A DNA stretch of 64,000 nucleotides from Terriglobia bacterium (GCA_963748015.1 CAVVHE010000004.1:1-64000); one strand, 5' to 3'. Shown: positions 31,200 to 41,680, counted from the first letter of the stretch. The notes: a model not told the origin generated them from the sequence alone. Made by a program: numbers and translations.

Positions 31200-33533
31200 T
31201 CACCCTTCGTCGTCGTCCCCGGCCGGGCCCGCCGGAAACAGGAGGCCGGCAGGACGTTGCTCCGCCACCGGCCCCGCGGCCGGCACGCCTCCTGCGGCCG
31301 GCGCGCCGCGCCGCCTGCGCCGCGGCCGGGGCTTGATTCCCGATGCGGCCTTGGCCCGTCCGGCCTTCCCCGTCGCCGCCGGCATCAGCTCCTCGCTGCG
31401 GATGTGCCGGGGCACGACCGGCTCCTCTCGCTCCTCGTCGGGGACACGGGCCGGCGGCGGAGCGGCAAGGTCGGCCACTGCCGCGGGCTTGCCGTTGCCC
31501 TGCGCCTGGGGGCCGTCGGCTCCACCGCGTCCGCGGCGGCGCCGCCGCCGCCGCCTTCTGCGGCGCCCCGGCGCGCCGTTGTCCACCCCACCGCCGTTGG
31601 CGGCCCGGGAGGCCTGATCGTTCTCGGGACGTGAAGCGCCCGGCGTCCCGTCCGCGGCCTCGTCGGACGGTTCCGTCTCCTCCGGCTCATCGCGATACTC
31701 GTCTGCCTCCTCTACCTCGTCCGCCGCGGGAACGGGAGCCGTCTCCGCCATCGTGGACGGGCCCTCGGCGGCGGACATGCCCTCGGAGGCCGTCGGTGGC
31801 GCCCCGGCCGACGATTCGAGCGGCCCGGCGGCCCCGCGCGAATGGCGCCGGCGCCGGCGGCGCCGCTTCCGCCCACCGCCCTCCGCCGGAGCCCCGCCTT
31901 CCGCCGGCGCGACTGCAGCCGCAGCCGGAGCCGTAGATGGAGAGGTCTCGGCGGCGCTGCGCGCCTCCTCCGCCGCCATCTCCCCGAGGTCCTTGAGATC
32001 GGGCGGGATCTGCGGCGCGGGGCGGTCGCCGACCACGAGCGCCGGCGGCTCCTCGACCTTTTCCCGCGCGAACGTCTCGAACTCGCTCTCGTGCCGCTTC
32101 AAGGTCGGCTTCGATTCCACCGCGATCCGTACGCCGTGCCGCTTCTCGAGCTGGACCAGGTCGTCCCGCTTGTTGTTCAGGATCCAGCCCGAGACCTCGG
32201 GAGGGAGCGTCGCCTTGAGCCGGCCGAAATCGCCGCGGAGGCACCGCGCCTGGATCTTCCGGAGCGCCGCGAGCCCCGCGGGCTCGACGTTCTTGATCAA
32301 CCCGAATCCCTCGCACGTGGGACAGGTGGCGTACGAGGCGCCGAGCTTCTCTCCCTTGGTCCGCTGGCGGCTGATCTCCATCAGGCCGAGCTTCGAGATG
32401 CGGGTGACGTCGTACTTGGCCCGGTCGGTGCGCATGGCATCGCGCATCGCCTTCTCGACCTTCTTCTGGTTGCGCGTCGCCATCATGTCGATGAAGTCCA
32501 CCACCAGCAGGCCACCAAGGTCTCTCAGGCGCAGCTGGCGGGCGATCTCCGCGGCGGCCTCGAGGTTCGTCGCGAGCGCGTTCTCCTCGGCGTCTCCCTG
32601 CCGGTTGGAGCGCGCGCTGTTCACGTCGATCGCGGTCAGCGCCTCGGTCCCGTCGACCACGATCTCGCCGCCGGACTTCAGCGGCACGCGCCGCTTGTAG
32701 ATGCTCTCGATTTGCTCCTCGAGGTTGAACTTGCTGAAGAGCGGGCGGTCCCCGGTGTGGAGCTGGACGATCTTCGCCTTGCCGGGCATGACGTCCCGGA
32801 CGAAATCGAGAGCCCGCTCGTAGGTTTCGGGGCTGTCGATCCAGACCTCGTCGATCTCCGGCGTGAAGTAGTCGCGGATCGTGCGGATCACGAGGTCGCG
32901 CTCCCGGTAGACGAGGCCGGGAAAGTCCGTGGCCTTGGAAGCCCGCTGGATGGATTCCCACAGGCGCAGCAGATAGCGCAGGTCGCGCTGCAGCTCGACC
33001 TTGGTCTGCCCCAGGCCGGCGGTCCTGACGATCAGGCCGAACCCTTCCGGCGGGTTCAGCTCCTCGACGAGCTGGCGAAGCTTGTCGCGCTGCCCCGCGT
33101 CCTCGATCTTCCGGGAGACGCCCGCCGAGTCCACGCCGGGCATGAGCACCAGGTAGCGTCCGGGAAGGGAGAAGTAGGTGGTGACCGTCGGGGGCTTCCC
33201 GGCGAACGGCTCGCGGATCACCTGGACCATCAGCTTCTGTCCGGGGTGCAGGTGCTGCCCGATGCGCCCACGCGCGCGGCTGTCGCCGCGGGAGGGGAGG
33301 AGCTTGAAGTTCACCTCGTCGAGCGGCAGGAATCCTTTGAGGTCGGACGACAGCCTGAGGAACGCGGCCTCGAGGGAGGGGTGGACGTTCTCGACCACCG
33401 CGTTGTGGATGTTCCCCTTGATGTTGGTGCGGTTGATCGTCTCGATCTCGTACTGCGCCAGAACGCCGTCCTCGAGGATCGCGACGCGCGATTCCTCGAC
33501 GTGCGTCACGTTGACGAGCATGACTTTGGACAT
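31200..33533 (-). CDS. rne: Ribonuclease E/G family with disordered Arg-rich C-terminus
   Basis: S1 domain, LPGRYLVLMP, AIDVNS, TNLEAA.EIARQLRLRDLGGL.V.DFIDM, CPTC Zn-link. Confidence 0.9.
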   Translation of the reverse strand: MSKVMLVNVTHVEESRVAILEDGVLAQYEIETINRTNIKGNIHNAVVENVHPSLEAAFLRLSSDLKGFLPLDEVNFKLLPSRGDSRARGRIGQHLHPGQKLMVQVIREPFAGKPPTVTTYFSLPGRYLVLMPGVDSAGVSRKIEDAGQRDKLRQLVEELNPPEGFGLIVRTAGLGQTKVELQRDLRYLLRLWESIQRASKATDFPGLVYRERDLVIRTIRDYFTPEIDEVWIDSPETYERALDFVRDVMPGKAKIVQLHTGDRPLFSKFNLEEQIESIYKRRVPLKSGGEIVVDGTEALTAIDVNSARSNRQGDAEENALATNLEAAAEIARQLRLRDLGGLLVVDFIDMMATRNQKKVEKAMRDAMRTDRAKYDVTRISKLGLMEISRQRTKGEKLGASYATCPTCEGFGLIKNVEPAGLAALRKIQARCLRGDFGRLKATLPPEVSGWILNNKRDDLVQLEKRHGVRIAVESKPTLKRHESEFETFAREKVEEPPALVVGDRPAPQIPPDLKDLGEMAAEEARSAAETSPSTAPAAAAVAPAEGGAPAEGGGRKRRRRRRRHSRGAAGPLESSAGAPPTASEGMSAAEGPSTMAETAPVPAADEVEEADEYRDEPEETEPSDEAADGTPGASRPENDQASRAANGGGVDNGAPGRRRRRRRRRRRGRGGADGPQAQGNGKPAAVADLAAPPPARVPDEEREEPVVPRHIRSEELMPAATGKAGRAKAASGIKPRPRRRRRGAPAAGGVPAAGPVAEQRPAGLLFPAGPAGDDDEG

Positions 33534-33777
33534 GGAGGTGCGGATCTCCCCGGTTCCTTAGGGTGTGTCAGGTCTGGCCCGACCCATGGCTCAGGTCCGC
33601 CGCGCCGCTGGGGCCCCGTTCTCGGGCCACTCCGCGCGATCGCGACGGGCGGGCTCCTCTGCTGGTCTACCCGGTGCCCCGCGCCGCCGGCAACCACCCC
33701 GGCGACGGAACCGGGTTTCCGGGGGTGCAGCGCGGCCCTGGCGATATTGCCGGCCGCGACCGGCGCGGACAACCGGA

Positions 33778-33786
33778 CTATAACAC
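33778..33786 (-). promoter_or_regulatory. Extended -10 element (TGTTATAGT), probably for rne
   Basis: AT-rich island in GC-rich DNA about 245 nt upstream of the rne ATG. Confidence 0.45.
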
Positions 33787-33818
33787 GACGTCCCGCATTC
33801 CGCCGACGACAACCTTCT

Positions 33819-33917
33819 GCTCGCCGCCCCGTTCCGTCCCGAGGTCGGCGTGTCCGCAGACAACCCTTTTTCGGGTTGGCGAGGAACACTCCGACCTCGG
33901 GACGGAACGGGGCGAGC
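33819..33917 (+). repeat. Palindromic element family B, copy 1
   Basis: Perfect 24-bp arms 33825-33848 / 33891-33914 around the core GCAGACAACCCTTTTTCGGGTTGGCGAG. Confidence 0.8.
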
Positions 33918-33936
33918 GTCGGGTGAAGAGTGCGGG

Positions 33937-35181
33937 CTAGGCAGCTCGCGTGGGGGCCTTTCGAAGCTCGCGGGCGAACTGGTAGCCGAAAACCCTCCGC
34001 ATCGCCTTGCGCTTCAGCTCGCCCATCCAGAAGCGGCCGGGGCGATCGCTGAGCCAGCGCCCCTCCTCCGGCAGCATGACGAGGGAGACGTGGACGTTCG
34101 GCGCGATGCCGATCGGCAGGCCACGCTCCATGCAGGCGTCGTACATCCGCCGGAACACGGGGATCATCTCCTCGGTCTTCGGTGGCGGCACGTCGCGGTA
34201 GTCGGTGCCCGCCAGCGGCCGGAAGACGCACACGGTCGGGATCGCTCCGACGCCGGTGATCCAGTCGATCGCCCTGATGGAATCCTCGGGCGGCTCGAGC
34301 CCCGCGATGATCTCGCCGTTCGTGACCCAGGGCTCGAAGGAGCGCCCCGCCGGCGGGACCTCGTTCGCGCAGTATTCCACCGCCGCGAGATACCGGTCGA
34401 GGCCGTACTGCCGGTGCTTGCCGGGGCAGACTTTCTGGAACTGCTCCCGGTTGAACAACTCGAAGCAGAACGAGACGCGGTTCACGCCCATCCGCCGCAG
34501 CTCGCGGTATCGCTTGAGATCGTGGTGCGGGGGGGTCTGGATGCCGATCAGGAGGTTCGTGGCCTCCTTCACCTTCACGATGTAGGGCTCGAGGATGTCG
34601 AGGTAGGTGTCCCCCTCGTAGTGGCCGGTGTTGAAGTCCACGTAGGTGATCCCCGACTCGCGACGCGCGGCCCGGACCACCTCGACGACCTCGTCCACGC
34701 ACTTGGCGTCGGCGTCGTCGGCGCCGAGGTTGAGACCCACCGAGCAGAACCGGCACTGCTCCTTGGGATCCGTTTGCCAGTACTCGCAGACCTTCGCCGG
34801 GTAGATCGCGAGGTAGGTTCCCTGCAGCGATCCGATCCGGGTCATCGGCTTCCCGCTGCTCGTCTTCCGCGAGTACCACGGCGGCTGCGGCGAAAGGCGG
34901 ATCTCCGCCACGGGCCCCTCGCGCTCGAAGTCGATGAAGAACCGCCCCTCGCGGTGCCGGAGGGTGTAGGGGGAGCATTTCGCGAAGTCCTCGACCACGG
35001 GGATGTTGGTCCAGAGCCCGCCGGGGAGGATCGCCTCCAGTCCCGAGCCCAAGCCCGCGCGCGTCCTCAGGATCTTCCGGCCCCCGTGCTCCTCGACGAG
35101 CGAAGGATCGTCCATGCGGATGCCCTTGCAGTACAGGTCCAGCTTGAGCAGGCCCGGGTTCCTGCGGACGTCCGTCTCCAT
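33937..35181 (-). CDS. Radical SAM protein with CX10CX2C motif
   Basis: CEYWQTDPKEQCRFC, VCPGK, GEIIAGLEP, VFRPL.GT. Confidence 0.8.
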   Translation of the reverse strand: METDVRRNPGLLKLDLYCKGIRMDDPSLVEEHGGRKILRTRAGLGSGLEAILPGGLWTNIPVVEDFAKCSPYTLRHREGRFFIDFEREGPVAEIRLSPQPPWYSRKTSSGKPMTRIGSLQGTYLAIYPAKVCEYWQTDPKEQCRFCSVGLNLGADDADAKCVDEVVEVVRAARRESGITYVDFNTGHYEGDTYLDILEPYIVKVKEATNLLIGIQTPPHHDLKRYRELRRMGVNRVSFCFELFNREQFQKVCPGKHRQYGLDRYLAAVEYCANEVPPAGRSFEPWVTNGEIIAGLEPPEDSIRAIDWITGVGAIPTVCVFRPLAGTDYRDVPPPKTEEMIPVFRRMYDACMERGLPIGIAPNVHVSLVMLPEEGRWLSDRPGRFWMGELKRKAMRRVFGYQFARELRKAPTRAA

Positions 35182-35307
35182 GCGGTCCTCCCTAGGGATC
35201 GTATGGCATCATACGTTGACGCCGGAGCCCCGACCACTCGCGGAGCCCCGAGCCGCTCGAGAGGGATGGGAGAAAGCCCCGGCGGAACAGGCGGCGGAAG
35301 GCGGCAC

Positions 35308-36108
35308 TTGACGGGGACGGAAGTCTCGAAAGCGGCGGACTCGAAAGTCCCGGCGGAGCGGGTAGGGCCGGTCCGCCGTCTCGCCCGCTTGCTCTTCTCG
35401 ATCTTCGCCTGGACGTTCGTCCTTCTCAACGCGCTCGCGAACTGCGCCGTCGCGTTCGCGAGCGAGCCGTTCATCGGGACCGAGGCGGCCTGGATCCGGG
35501 CGCAACAGTGGTGGACTCGGCTCAACCTGGCCCTCGCGATGTTCCGCGTGAGGGTCGAGGGACTCGAGACGGTCCCCAGGCCGGCGGTCATCGCTGCCAT
35601 CCACCAGGGTAGCTTCGACATCAACGTCCTGGCACTCGCGCTGCCGCGCCCGTTTCACTTCGTCGCCCGCGTCGAGGTCCTCGCGGTTCCCATCGTCGGG
35701 ACGGCGCTCCGGCGCGCCCGGCACATCCTGATCCGCAGGGGTGGAGGGGCGGCGAACGACGAGGCGTTGCGCGAGGCGGAAGAGCGCCTTGGCCGCGGCA
35801 GCCGCGTCATCTTCTTTCCCGAGGGGACCCGGTCGGAGGACGGGAGCGTCCGGCCCTTCCGCTCCGGCGCGTTCCGCCTGGCGGCCCGGACGGGCTGTCC
35901 GCTCGTGCCGGCCGTGATCTCCGGGACGAGGATGGCCAACCCCAAGGGCACCGCGCTGATCATCCCGTCGAGGATCGTCCTGCGCTTCCTCGAGCCGCGC
36001 CTGGTCAGCGAGGAGGAGGCGCGATCGGACGCGTACCGGGAGAAGGTCCGCGCCGAGACCGCGGAGCACCTCGAGCGCCTCAACCGGGAGACCGGGCCGA
36101 GGCTGTGA
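35308..36108 (+). CDS. 1-acyl-sn-glycerol-3-phosphate acyltransferase (PlsC family); start uncertain
   Basis: HQGSFD, FFPEGTRS.DG, FRSGAF. Confidence 0.85.
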   Translation: MTGTEVSKAADSKVPAERVGPVRRLARLLFSIFAWTFVLLNALANCAVAFASEPFIGTEAAWIRAQQWWTRLNLALAMFRVRVEGLETVPRPAVIAAIHQGSFDINVLALALPRPFHFVARVEVLAVPIVGTALRRARHILIRRGGGAANDEALREAEERLGRGSRVIFFPEGTRSEDGSVRPFRSGAFRLAARTGCPLVPAVISGTRMANPKGTALIIPSRIVLRFLEPRLVSEEEARSDAYREKVRAETAEHLERLNRETGPRL

Positions 36109-36207
36109 CCGGGACCGCTCGGCGGCCTGCCAACCGACCCAGCTTGACTCGAGCGCCCGCGGCGCCGATGTTCTTCCGCCGGAAGGGGACTCGGCTCCGC
36201 AGGGGGT

Positions 36208-37869
36208 GTGTCGGTGCGGTCCATTCTTCGCGGCCTGTCTGGCGGCTTTCGCCCTGTTCTCGCCTTTCTCGCCATCGTGCTGGCGTCGGCGCTTGCCGGG
36301 TGTTCCAGCTCCGGGAACGCGTCTCCGCGCCCGGCTCAGGGGAGCGAGCCCCAGCGGGGCGGGATCCTCCGGATGGTCCAGGAGGTCCCCGGGACGCTGG
36401 ATCCGGCCCTGGTGACGACGGTCTACGAGTCCCTCCCGGTGAACCAGATCTTCGACGGGCTGGTTTCCCTCGACGCGGGTCTCAACGTCGTGCCGGGGCT
36501 AGCGGACACCTGGACGATCTCCAAGGACGGGCTGACCTATGTCTTCCATCTCCGGCGCGGCGTGACGTTCCACGACGGAACGCCTCTGACCTCCGACGAC
36601 GTCCTCTACTCGATCCGTCGCGTGCTCGAGCCGGGGCGCAAGAGACGCAGCATCGCGTTCTCCTACCTCTCCGTGGTGACGGGCGCGATGGACTACGCCG
36701 AGGGAAGGCGGCCGGATCTTCCCGGCGTGGATGCGCCGGACCCGAATACGATCCGCGTTCACCTCGACCGGCCGTATTCCTCCTTCCTGGACGTCATCGC
36801 CATGGATGGCCTCCGGGTGGTGCCTCGCCACGTCATCGAGCGGCTCGGCGAGGAGGCCTTCGGGCGCGCGCCGGTCGGAACGGGGCCCTTTCGCCTGGGC
36901 TCGTGGACCCCGGACGGGCTCCGTCTCACCGCGAACCAGGGCTACTTCGGCAAGTCCCCTTACCTCGAAGGCGTGGACATCGACTTCATGCGCCAGGGCG
37001 AGACCGATCTCGGCGCCGCCCGGTTCGACCGCGGCGAGGTCGATCTCTTCGACGTTTCCACCGAGCAGATGGACAAGGTCAGCCGGGATCCGCGGATGAG
37101 AGTGCTGCGCTACCAGGACCTGAGCCTCTCGTTCCTGGGGTTCCTCACCGGTGCCAGACCCCTCGACGACGTGCGCGTCCGCCAGGCCGCGGCCCTCGCC
37201 ATCGACCGCGAGGCGCTGGTACGGCAGGCGCCGACGATGCGGCGCTTCGCCGTGGGGATCCTGCCGCCCGGCATGCCGGCGTACTCTCCCGATCTCAAGG
37301 CGCTCCCCCACGATCCCGAGAGGGCGCGGCGGCTCCTGGCCGAGGCGGGGCACCCCGGGGGGCGGGGACTCGAGCCGCTCGTCCTGTTCAACGCCTCGCG
37401 GAGCAAGGCGAGCCTCCAGGTACAGGGGCAGATACGCTCCGACCTCGAGGCCGTCGGGATCCGGCTCGACGTGCGGGAGGTGAGATGGAGCGAGCTGACC
37501 AGGAGGACCGACGACCATGACGCGCCGGCGTTCGTGCTGTCGTGGATCGCCGACCTCACCGATCCGGATGCCTTCCTGCGCTCGCTCTTTCAGTCGGGCA
37601 GCTCGTCCAACTACTTCGACTTCTTCGACGACAAGGCCGACAGGCTGCTCGAGGCCGGCGCGCGGGAGACGAACCCGGTGACCCGGGCGAGGATCTACCG
37701 CGAGGCGGAGAAGCGCATCCTCGAGTTGGCGCCGCTCGTTCCCCTCTACCACACGATCGCGGTGACGGCGGTGCGGCGAAACGTTCACCGCTTCGAGCCG
37801 ACGCCGCTGGGGGTCGCGAGCGTGAACCTGGAGCACGTGTGGCTCTCGACCGGGGACGGGACGCCATGA
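36208..37869 (+). CDS. ABC-type substrate-binding lipoprotein, family 5
   Basis: Lipobox LAGC; PGLA..W.ISKDGLTY.F.LR.GV.FHDG, PVGTGPF, DVRVRQA. Confidence 0.9.
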   Translation: MSVRSILRGLSGGFRPVLAFLAIVLASALAGCSSSGNASPRPAQGSEPQRGGILRMVQEVPGTLDPALVTTVYESLPVNQIFDGLVSLDAGLNVVPGLADTWTISKDGLTYVFHLRRGVTFHDGTPLTSDDVLYSIRRVLEPGRKRRSIAFSYLSVVTGAMDYAEGRRPDLPGVDAPDPNTIRVHLDRPYSSFLDVIAMDGLRVVPRHVIERLGEEAFGRAPVGTGPFRLGSWTPDGLRLTANQGYFGKSPYLEGVDIDFMRQGETDLGAARFDRGEVDLFDVSTEQMDKVSRDPRMRVLRYQDLSLSFLGFLTGARPLDDVRVRQAAALAIDREALVRQAPTMRRFAVGILPPGMPAYSPDLKALPHDPERARRLLAEAGHPGGRGLEPLVLFNASRSKASLQVQGQIRSDLEAVGIRLDVREVRWSELTRRTDDHDAPAFVLSWIADLTDPDAFLRSLFQSGSSSNYFDFFDDKADRLLEAGARETNPVTRARIYREAEKRILELAPLVPLYHTIAVTAVRRNVHRFEPTPLGVASVNLEHVWLSTGDGTP

Positions 37870-40193
37870 TCGCCCGCATCTTCCGCTCACGAACGCTCGC
37901 GCAAAGCTTCGCCATCGCGACCACCCTCCTCGTGTTCGTGATCATCTCGACGACGATGCTGGTCGTGCAGTCGCGCGTCGAGGGAACCCTGCGCGAGGGG
38001 CTCGAGGCGCGCGGCATATCCATCGCGCGCAGCATCGGCGCCGTCGCCACGCCGTCGCTCCTGGCCTACAACTATCCGGCCCTCCAGATCGCGGCCGACG
38101 GAGCGTCCGGCGACACCGGTCTCGTCTACGTGTTGATTCACGACAAGGAGGGGGCCGTGGCGGGAATCGCGGGACGCCCCGCGGCCACGGCATCGCTGTC
38201 CTCCGCGATCGCTTTCATCCCGAAGGACGCCAGCGCCTCCCAGCGCACCGTCTCCGGCGCATCCGGCGACGCCGAACGGGTCCTCGAGGTCATCGTCCCC
38301 GTCCGGGTCGAAGGCGTGAGCGAGCCGTGGGGCGCGGTGCGGGTGGGGCTGTCCTACGAGACGGTCAACGCGCAGCTGCGCCGCATCGTCGGCCACCTGG
38401 TCGGCCTGGGTCTCACCCTTGCCGTCGCGGCGATCGCCTCCGGGATCTGGGTGTCGAGGAAGATCACCGCGCCGCTCCGGCGACTCGCGAAGGGCACGGA
38501 GGCGTTGTCTTCCGGCGACGTGTCCCACCGGATTCCCGTCACCGGCGCCCGCGAGCTCGCCGACCTCGCGCAGGCCTTCAACGTCATGATGGACCGCGTC
38601 CAGGAGAAGGCGCGGGAGTCCGCCGAGTTCCAGTCGGCCCTCGAGTCGCTGAACGCGACCCTCGAGGAGCAGGTGATGGAGCGCACCTGCGCCCTCGAGG
38701 AATCGGAGGCGCAGTACAAGACCCTGGTGGAGCACTCGCCCGACGCGATCCTGATCGTGCAGGGGAAGCGGGTCCGGTTCGTCAACCGTGCCTTCGAGGA
38801 AACGTTCGGCGTGACCATGGACGAGGCGCGCGGCCCGGGTTTCGGCCTGGACCGCATCTTCGACTCGTCGTCGTCGGCTCTCGTGCGCGGCCGGATCGAC
38901 GCCTGGCTCCGAGGGGAGACCACGAGCGCGATCGAGATAGAGGGCCGCGACGCTTCGGGGAAGCCTCATCATCTCGAGCTGCGAGGGAGCCGGATCGAGT
39001 ACCGCGGCGAGCCGGCCGCGGAGTGCCTCCTCATCGACACCACCGAGGCTCGCCGTCTGCGGGAGCGGCTCGCGGAGACCGAGAAGCTCCGCGCTCTCGG
39101 CGAGATGGCGGGAGGAGTCGCTCACGACTTCAACAACCTCCTGGGGGCGATCCTGGGGCGCGCGCAGCTGCTGCGGCGTAGAGGCTTCGAGACCGAAGTG
39201 GACCGCGATCTCACGGTCATCGAGAAGGCCGCGCAGGACGGCCGGGAGACGATCCGGCGCATCCAGGAGTTCTCTCGCGTCCGCCGCGACCGGAAGTTCG
39301 TGCCGGTGGATCTCTGCGAGGTGATCCGGGACTCCCTCGAGATCACCAAGACGCGCTGGAAGTCCGAGGCCGAGCGCAGAAACATCGCCTTCAACGTGTC
39401 GTTCGACGGCGAGGAGGTCCCTCCGGTGCTCGGCAACGCCGCCGAGCTTCGCGAGGTGCTCACGAACCTGATCCTGAACGCGGTGGACGCCATGCCGCAG
39501 GGCGGGAAGCTCCGCCTGGCCTGCAGGAGGCACGGGGATCGCGTCGTCGCCGAGGTGCGGGACGCCGGTGTCGGCATGACCGAGGAGATCCGCCGGCAGC
39601 TGTTCGATCCGTTCTTCACCACGAAGGGGACCCGGGGCATGGGACTCGGTCTCAGCGTGGTCTACGGCATCGTGACGCGGCACGAGGGACGGATCGACGT
39701 CCAGACGGCGCTGGGAAAGGGCACGACATTCGTGCTGGAGTTCCCGGTGGCGACGGTATTGCCCGCCGTGCCCGGCGGGGACGGTGCCGCGCTCCCGCAG
39801 CTCTTGCGCCCCGGTAAGATCCTCGTGATCGACGACGAGCCCGAGGTCGGCGACGTAGTCCGCGACGTTCTGATGGCGGAAGGTCACGCCGTGGACACCG
39901 CGAACAGCGGGAGCGACGGGATCCAGCTCGCGACGGTCTCCACGTACGACATGGTCTTCACGGACCTGGGCATGCCGGACATGTCGGGCTGGGAGGTCGC
40001 CGAGCGGCTCGGCAAGATCTGCCCCGGCCTGCCCGTCGCCCTGGTCACGGGCTGGGGCATGAGCCTCGACGTCGCGGAGGCGCGCAAAAAAGGGGTCGCC
40101 GCGATCGTCCACAAGCCCTTCGACATCAACGACCTGATCCGCACGGCCACCGAGATCCTGGCGGGCACGGGCGCGGCCACCACCCCCGGCTAA
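37866..40193 (+). CDS. Membrane hybrid sensor histidine kinase (HAMP-PAS-HisKA-HATPase-REC)
   Basis: ATGA overlap with the SBP gene; two TM helices; AHDFNNLL, NAVDAM, PFFTTK..G.GLGL, C-terminal receiver (IDDE, TDLGMP, KP). Confidence 0.92.
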   Translation: MIARIFRSRTLAQSFAIATTLLVFVIISTTMLVVQSRVEGTLREGLEARGISIARSIGAVATPSLLAYNYPALQIAADGASGDTGLVYVLIHDKEGAVAGIAGRPAATASLSSAIAFIPKDASASQRTVSGASGDAERVLEVIVPVRVEGVSEPWGAVRVGLSYETVNAQLRRIVGHLVGLGLTLAVAAIASGIWVSRKITAPLRRLAKGTEALSSGDVSHRIPVTGARELADLAQAFNVMMDRVQEKARESAEFQSALESLNATLEEQVMERTCALEESEAQYKTLVEHSPDAILIVQGKRVRFVNRAFEETFGVTMDEARGPGFGLDRIFDSSSSALVRGRIDAWLRGETTSAIEIEGRDASGKPHHLELRGSRIEYRGEPAAECLLIDTTEARRLRERLAETEKLRALGEMAGGVAHDFNNLLGAILGRAQLLRRRGFETEVDRDLTVIEKAAQDGRETIRRIQEFSRVRRDRKFVPVDLCEVIRDSLEITKTRWKSEAERRNIAFNVSFDGEEVPPVLGNAAELREVLTNLILNAVDAMPQGGKLRLACRRHGDRVVAEVRDAGVGMTEEIRRQLFDPFFTTKGTRGMGLGLSVVYGIVTRHEGRIDVQTALGKGTTFVLEFPVATVLPAVPGGDGAALPQLLRPGKILVIDDEPEVGDVVRDVLMAEGHAVDTANSGSDGIQLATVSTYDMVFTDLGMPDMSGWEVAERLGKICPGLPVALVTGWGMSLDVAEARKKGVAAIVHKPFDINDLIRTATEILAGTGAATTPG

Positions 40194-40312
40194 CCGACCG
40201 CGGAACGGTAGGCCGTCGAGCGCCCGCCCTCCACGCTCCTCCGTGTTACCGCTATAATCTCCGCGGTCCGCACGCGGGCGCGCGCGGTCCCGACACCCGG
40301 AGGCTCAACACC

Positions 40313-41680
40313 GTGTCCTCGAACCGGATCCTGCGGATTGCCAACGGGCAGGGCTTCTGGGGAGACTCGGTGGACGCTCCGGTGCGTCTCGTCGAGGAAG
40401 GCCCCCTCGACTTCCTGACCCTCGACTATCTCGCCGAGGTCACCCTGTCCATCCTTCAGAAGCAGAAGCGCCGCGACCCGCGGACCGGATACGCCACGGA
40501 CTTCGTGGACCTCGTGAGGCGGATCCTCCCCTCGGTGATGCGAAAGGGGATCCGCGTGGTGGCCAACGCGGGTGGGGTCAACCCGGACGGGTGCCGCCGG
40601 GCTATCCTCGAGGTGGCGAGAGAGCGGGGAGCGAAGGGGCTCAGGGTCGGAACGATCACGGGCGACGACGTACTCGACCGACTCGACGAGTTGATCGCGT
40701 CGGGGGTGACGTTCGAGAACCTCGACGACGGCCGCCCGATCGAGGCGATTCGCGACCGGGTCCTGTCCGCGAACGTCTACCTCTCGTCGTTCCCCGCGGC
40801 GGAGGCGCTCCGGCAGGGCGCCTCGATCGTGGTGACCGGCCGGACCACCGATCCCGGCCTCGTCCTCTCGCCGCTCATCGCCGAGTACGGCTGGAAGGCG
40901 GACGCCTGGGACTTGCTGGCCGCGGGGACCGTGGCCGGCCACATCGTGGAGTGCGGCGCGCAGTGCACGGGCGGCAACTACTCTCGCTGGTGGGAAGTGG
41001 AGGGCTGGGACCACCTCGGGTATCCGGTGCTGGAGGTTTCGGCCGACGGCACCTTCGTGGTGACGAAGCACGACGGGACCGGCGGGCTGGTGAGCGTGGA
41101 CACCGTCGGCGAGCAGCTCGTGTACGAGATGGGCGACCCTCGCCGGTACCTGACACCGGACTGCGTCGTGGACTTCACCTCGATCCACCTCGAGCAGGCG
41201 GGGCAGAACCGCGTGCGCGTTTCGGGGGTGAGAGGGGGGCCCGCGACGCCGACCTACAAGGTGTCGCTCGCCTACCTCGAGGGGTACAAGGCGACGGGGC
41301 AGCTCACGGTGAGCGGTCCGGACGCCCTCGCGAAGGCCAGGATCTGCGCCGACGCGCTCTGGGGCCGTCTCCGCCGGGCGGGACTCGAGTACGAGGCCAC
41401 GAGCACGGAGTTCCTCGGCGTGGACTCCTGTCATGGGCCGATCGCTCCGGCGCCGCAGGTCGTGAACGAGGTCGTGCTGCGGGTCGGCGTCAAGGACGCG
41501 AGCCGCGAGAAGGTGGACCGCTTCGGCAAGGAGATCGCGCCGCTCGTGACGTCCGGCCCCCCGGGCGTCACCGGGTTCGCCGGCGGCCGACCGAAGGCGA
41601 CAGAGGTGCTGGGGACCTGGCCGGCGCTCGTCCCGAAGGACCGGGTCGCCGCGCGGGTGACCGTGGAGGAGGTCGCGTGA
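40313..41680 (+). CDS. AtuA family (DUF1446) protein
   Basis: GFWGDS, DYLAEVT, NAGGVNP, AGHIVECGAQCTGGN, EQLVYE. Confidence 0.9.
   Translation: MSSNRILRIANGQGFWGDSVDAPVRLVEEGPLDFLTLDYLAEVTLSILQKQKRRDPRTGYATDFVDLVRRILPSVMRKGIRVVANAGGVNPDGCRRAILEVARERGAKGLRVGTITGDDVLDRLDELIASGVTFENLDDGRPIEAIRDRVLSANVYLSSFPAAEALRQGASIVVTGRTTDPGLVLSPLIAEYGWKADAWDLLAAGTVAGHIVECGAQCTGGNYSRWWEVEGWDHLGYPVLEVSADGTFVVTKHDGTGGLVSVDTVGEQLVYEMGDPRRYLTPDCVVDFTSIHLEQAGQNRVRVSGVRGGPATPTYKVSLAYLEGYKATGQLTVSGPDALAKARICADALWGRLRRAGLEYEATSTEFLGVDSCHGPIAPAPQVVNEVVLRVGVKDASREKVDRFGKEIAPLVTSGPPGVTGFAGGRPKATEVLGTWPALVPKDRVAARVTVEEVA

Noticed and set aside
31200..32050. Poly-Arg, low-complexity tail of RNase E as a novel repeat
   Set aside because: Disordered Arg-rich and acidic C-terminal scaffolds are normal for RNase E.
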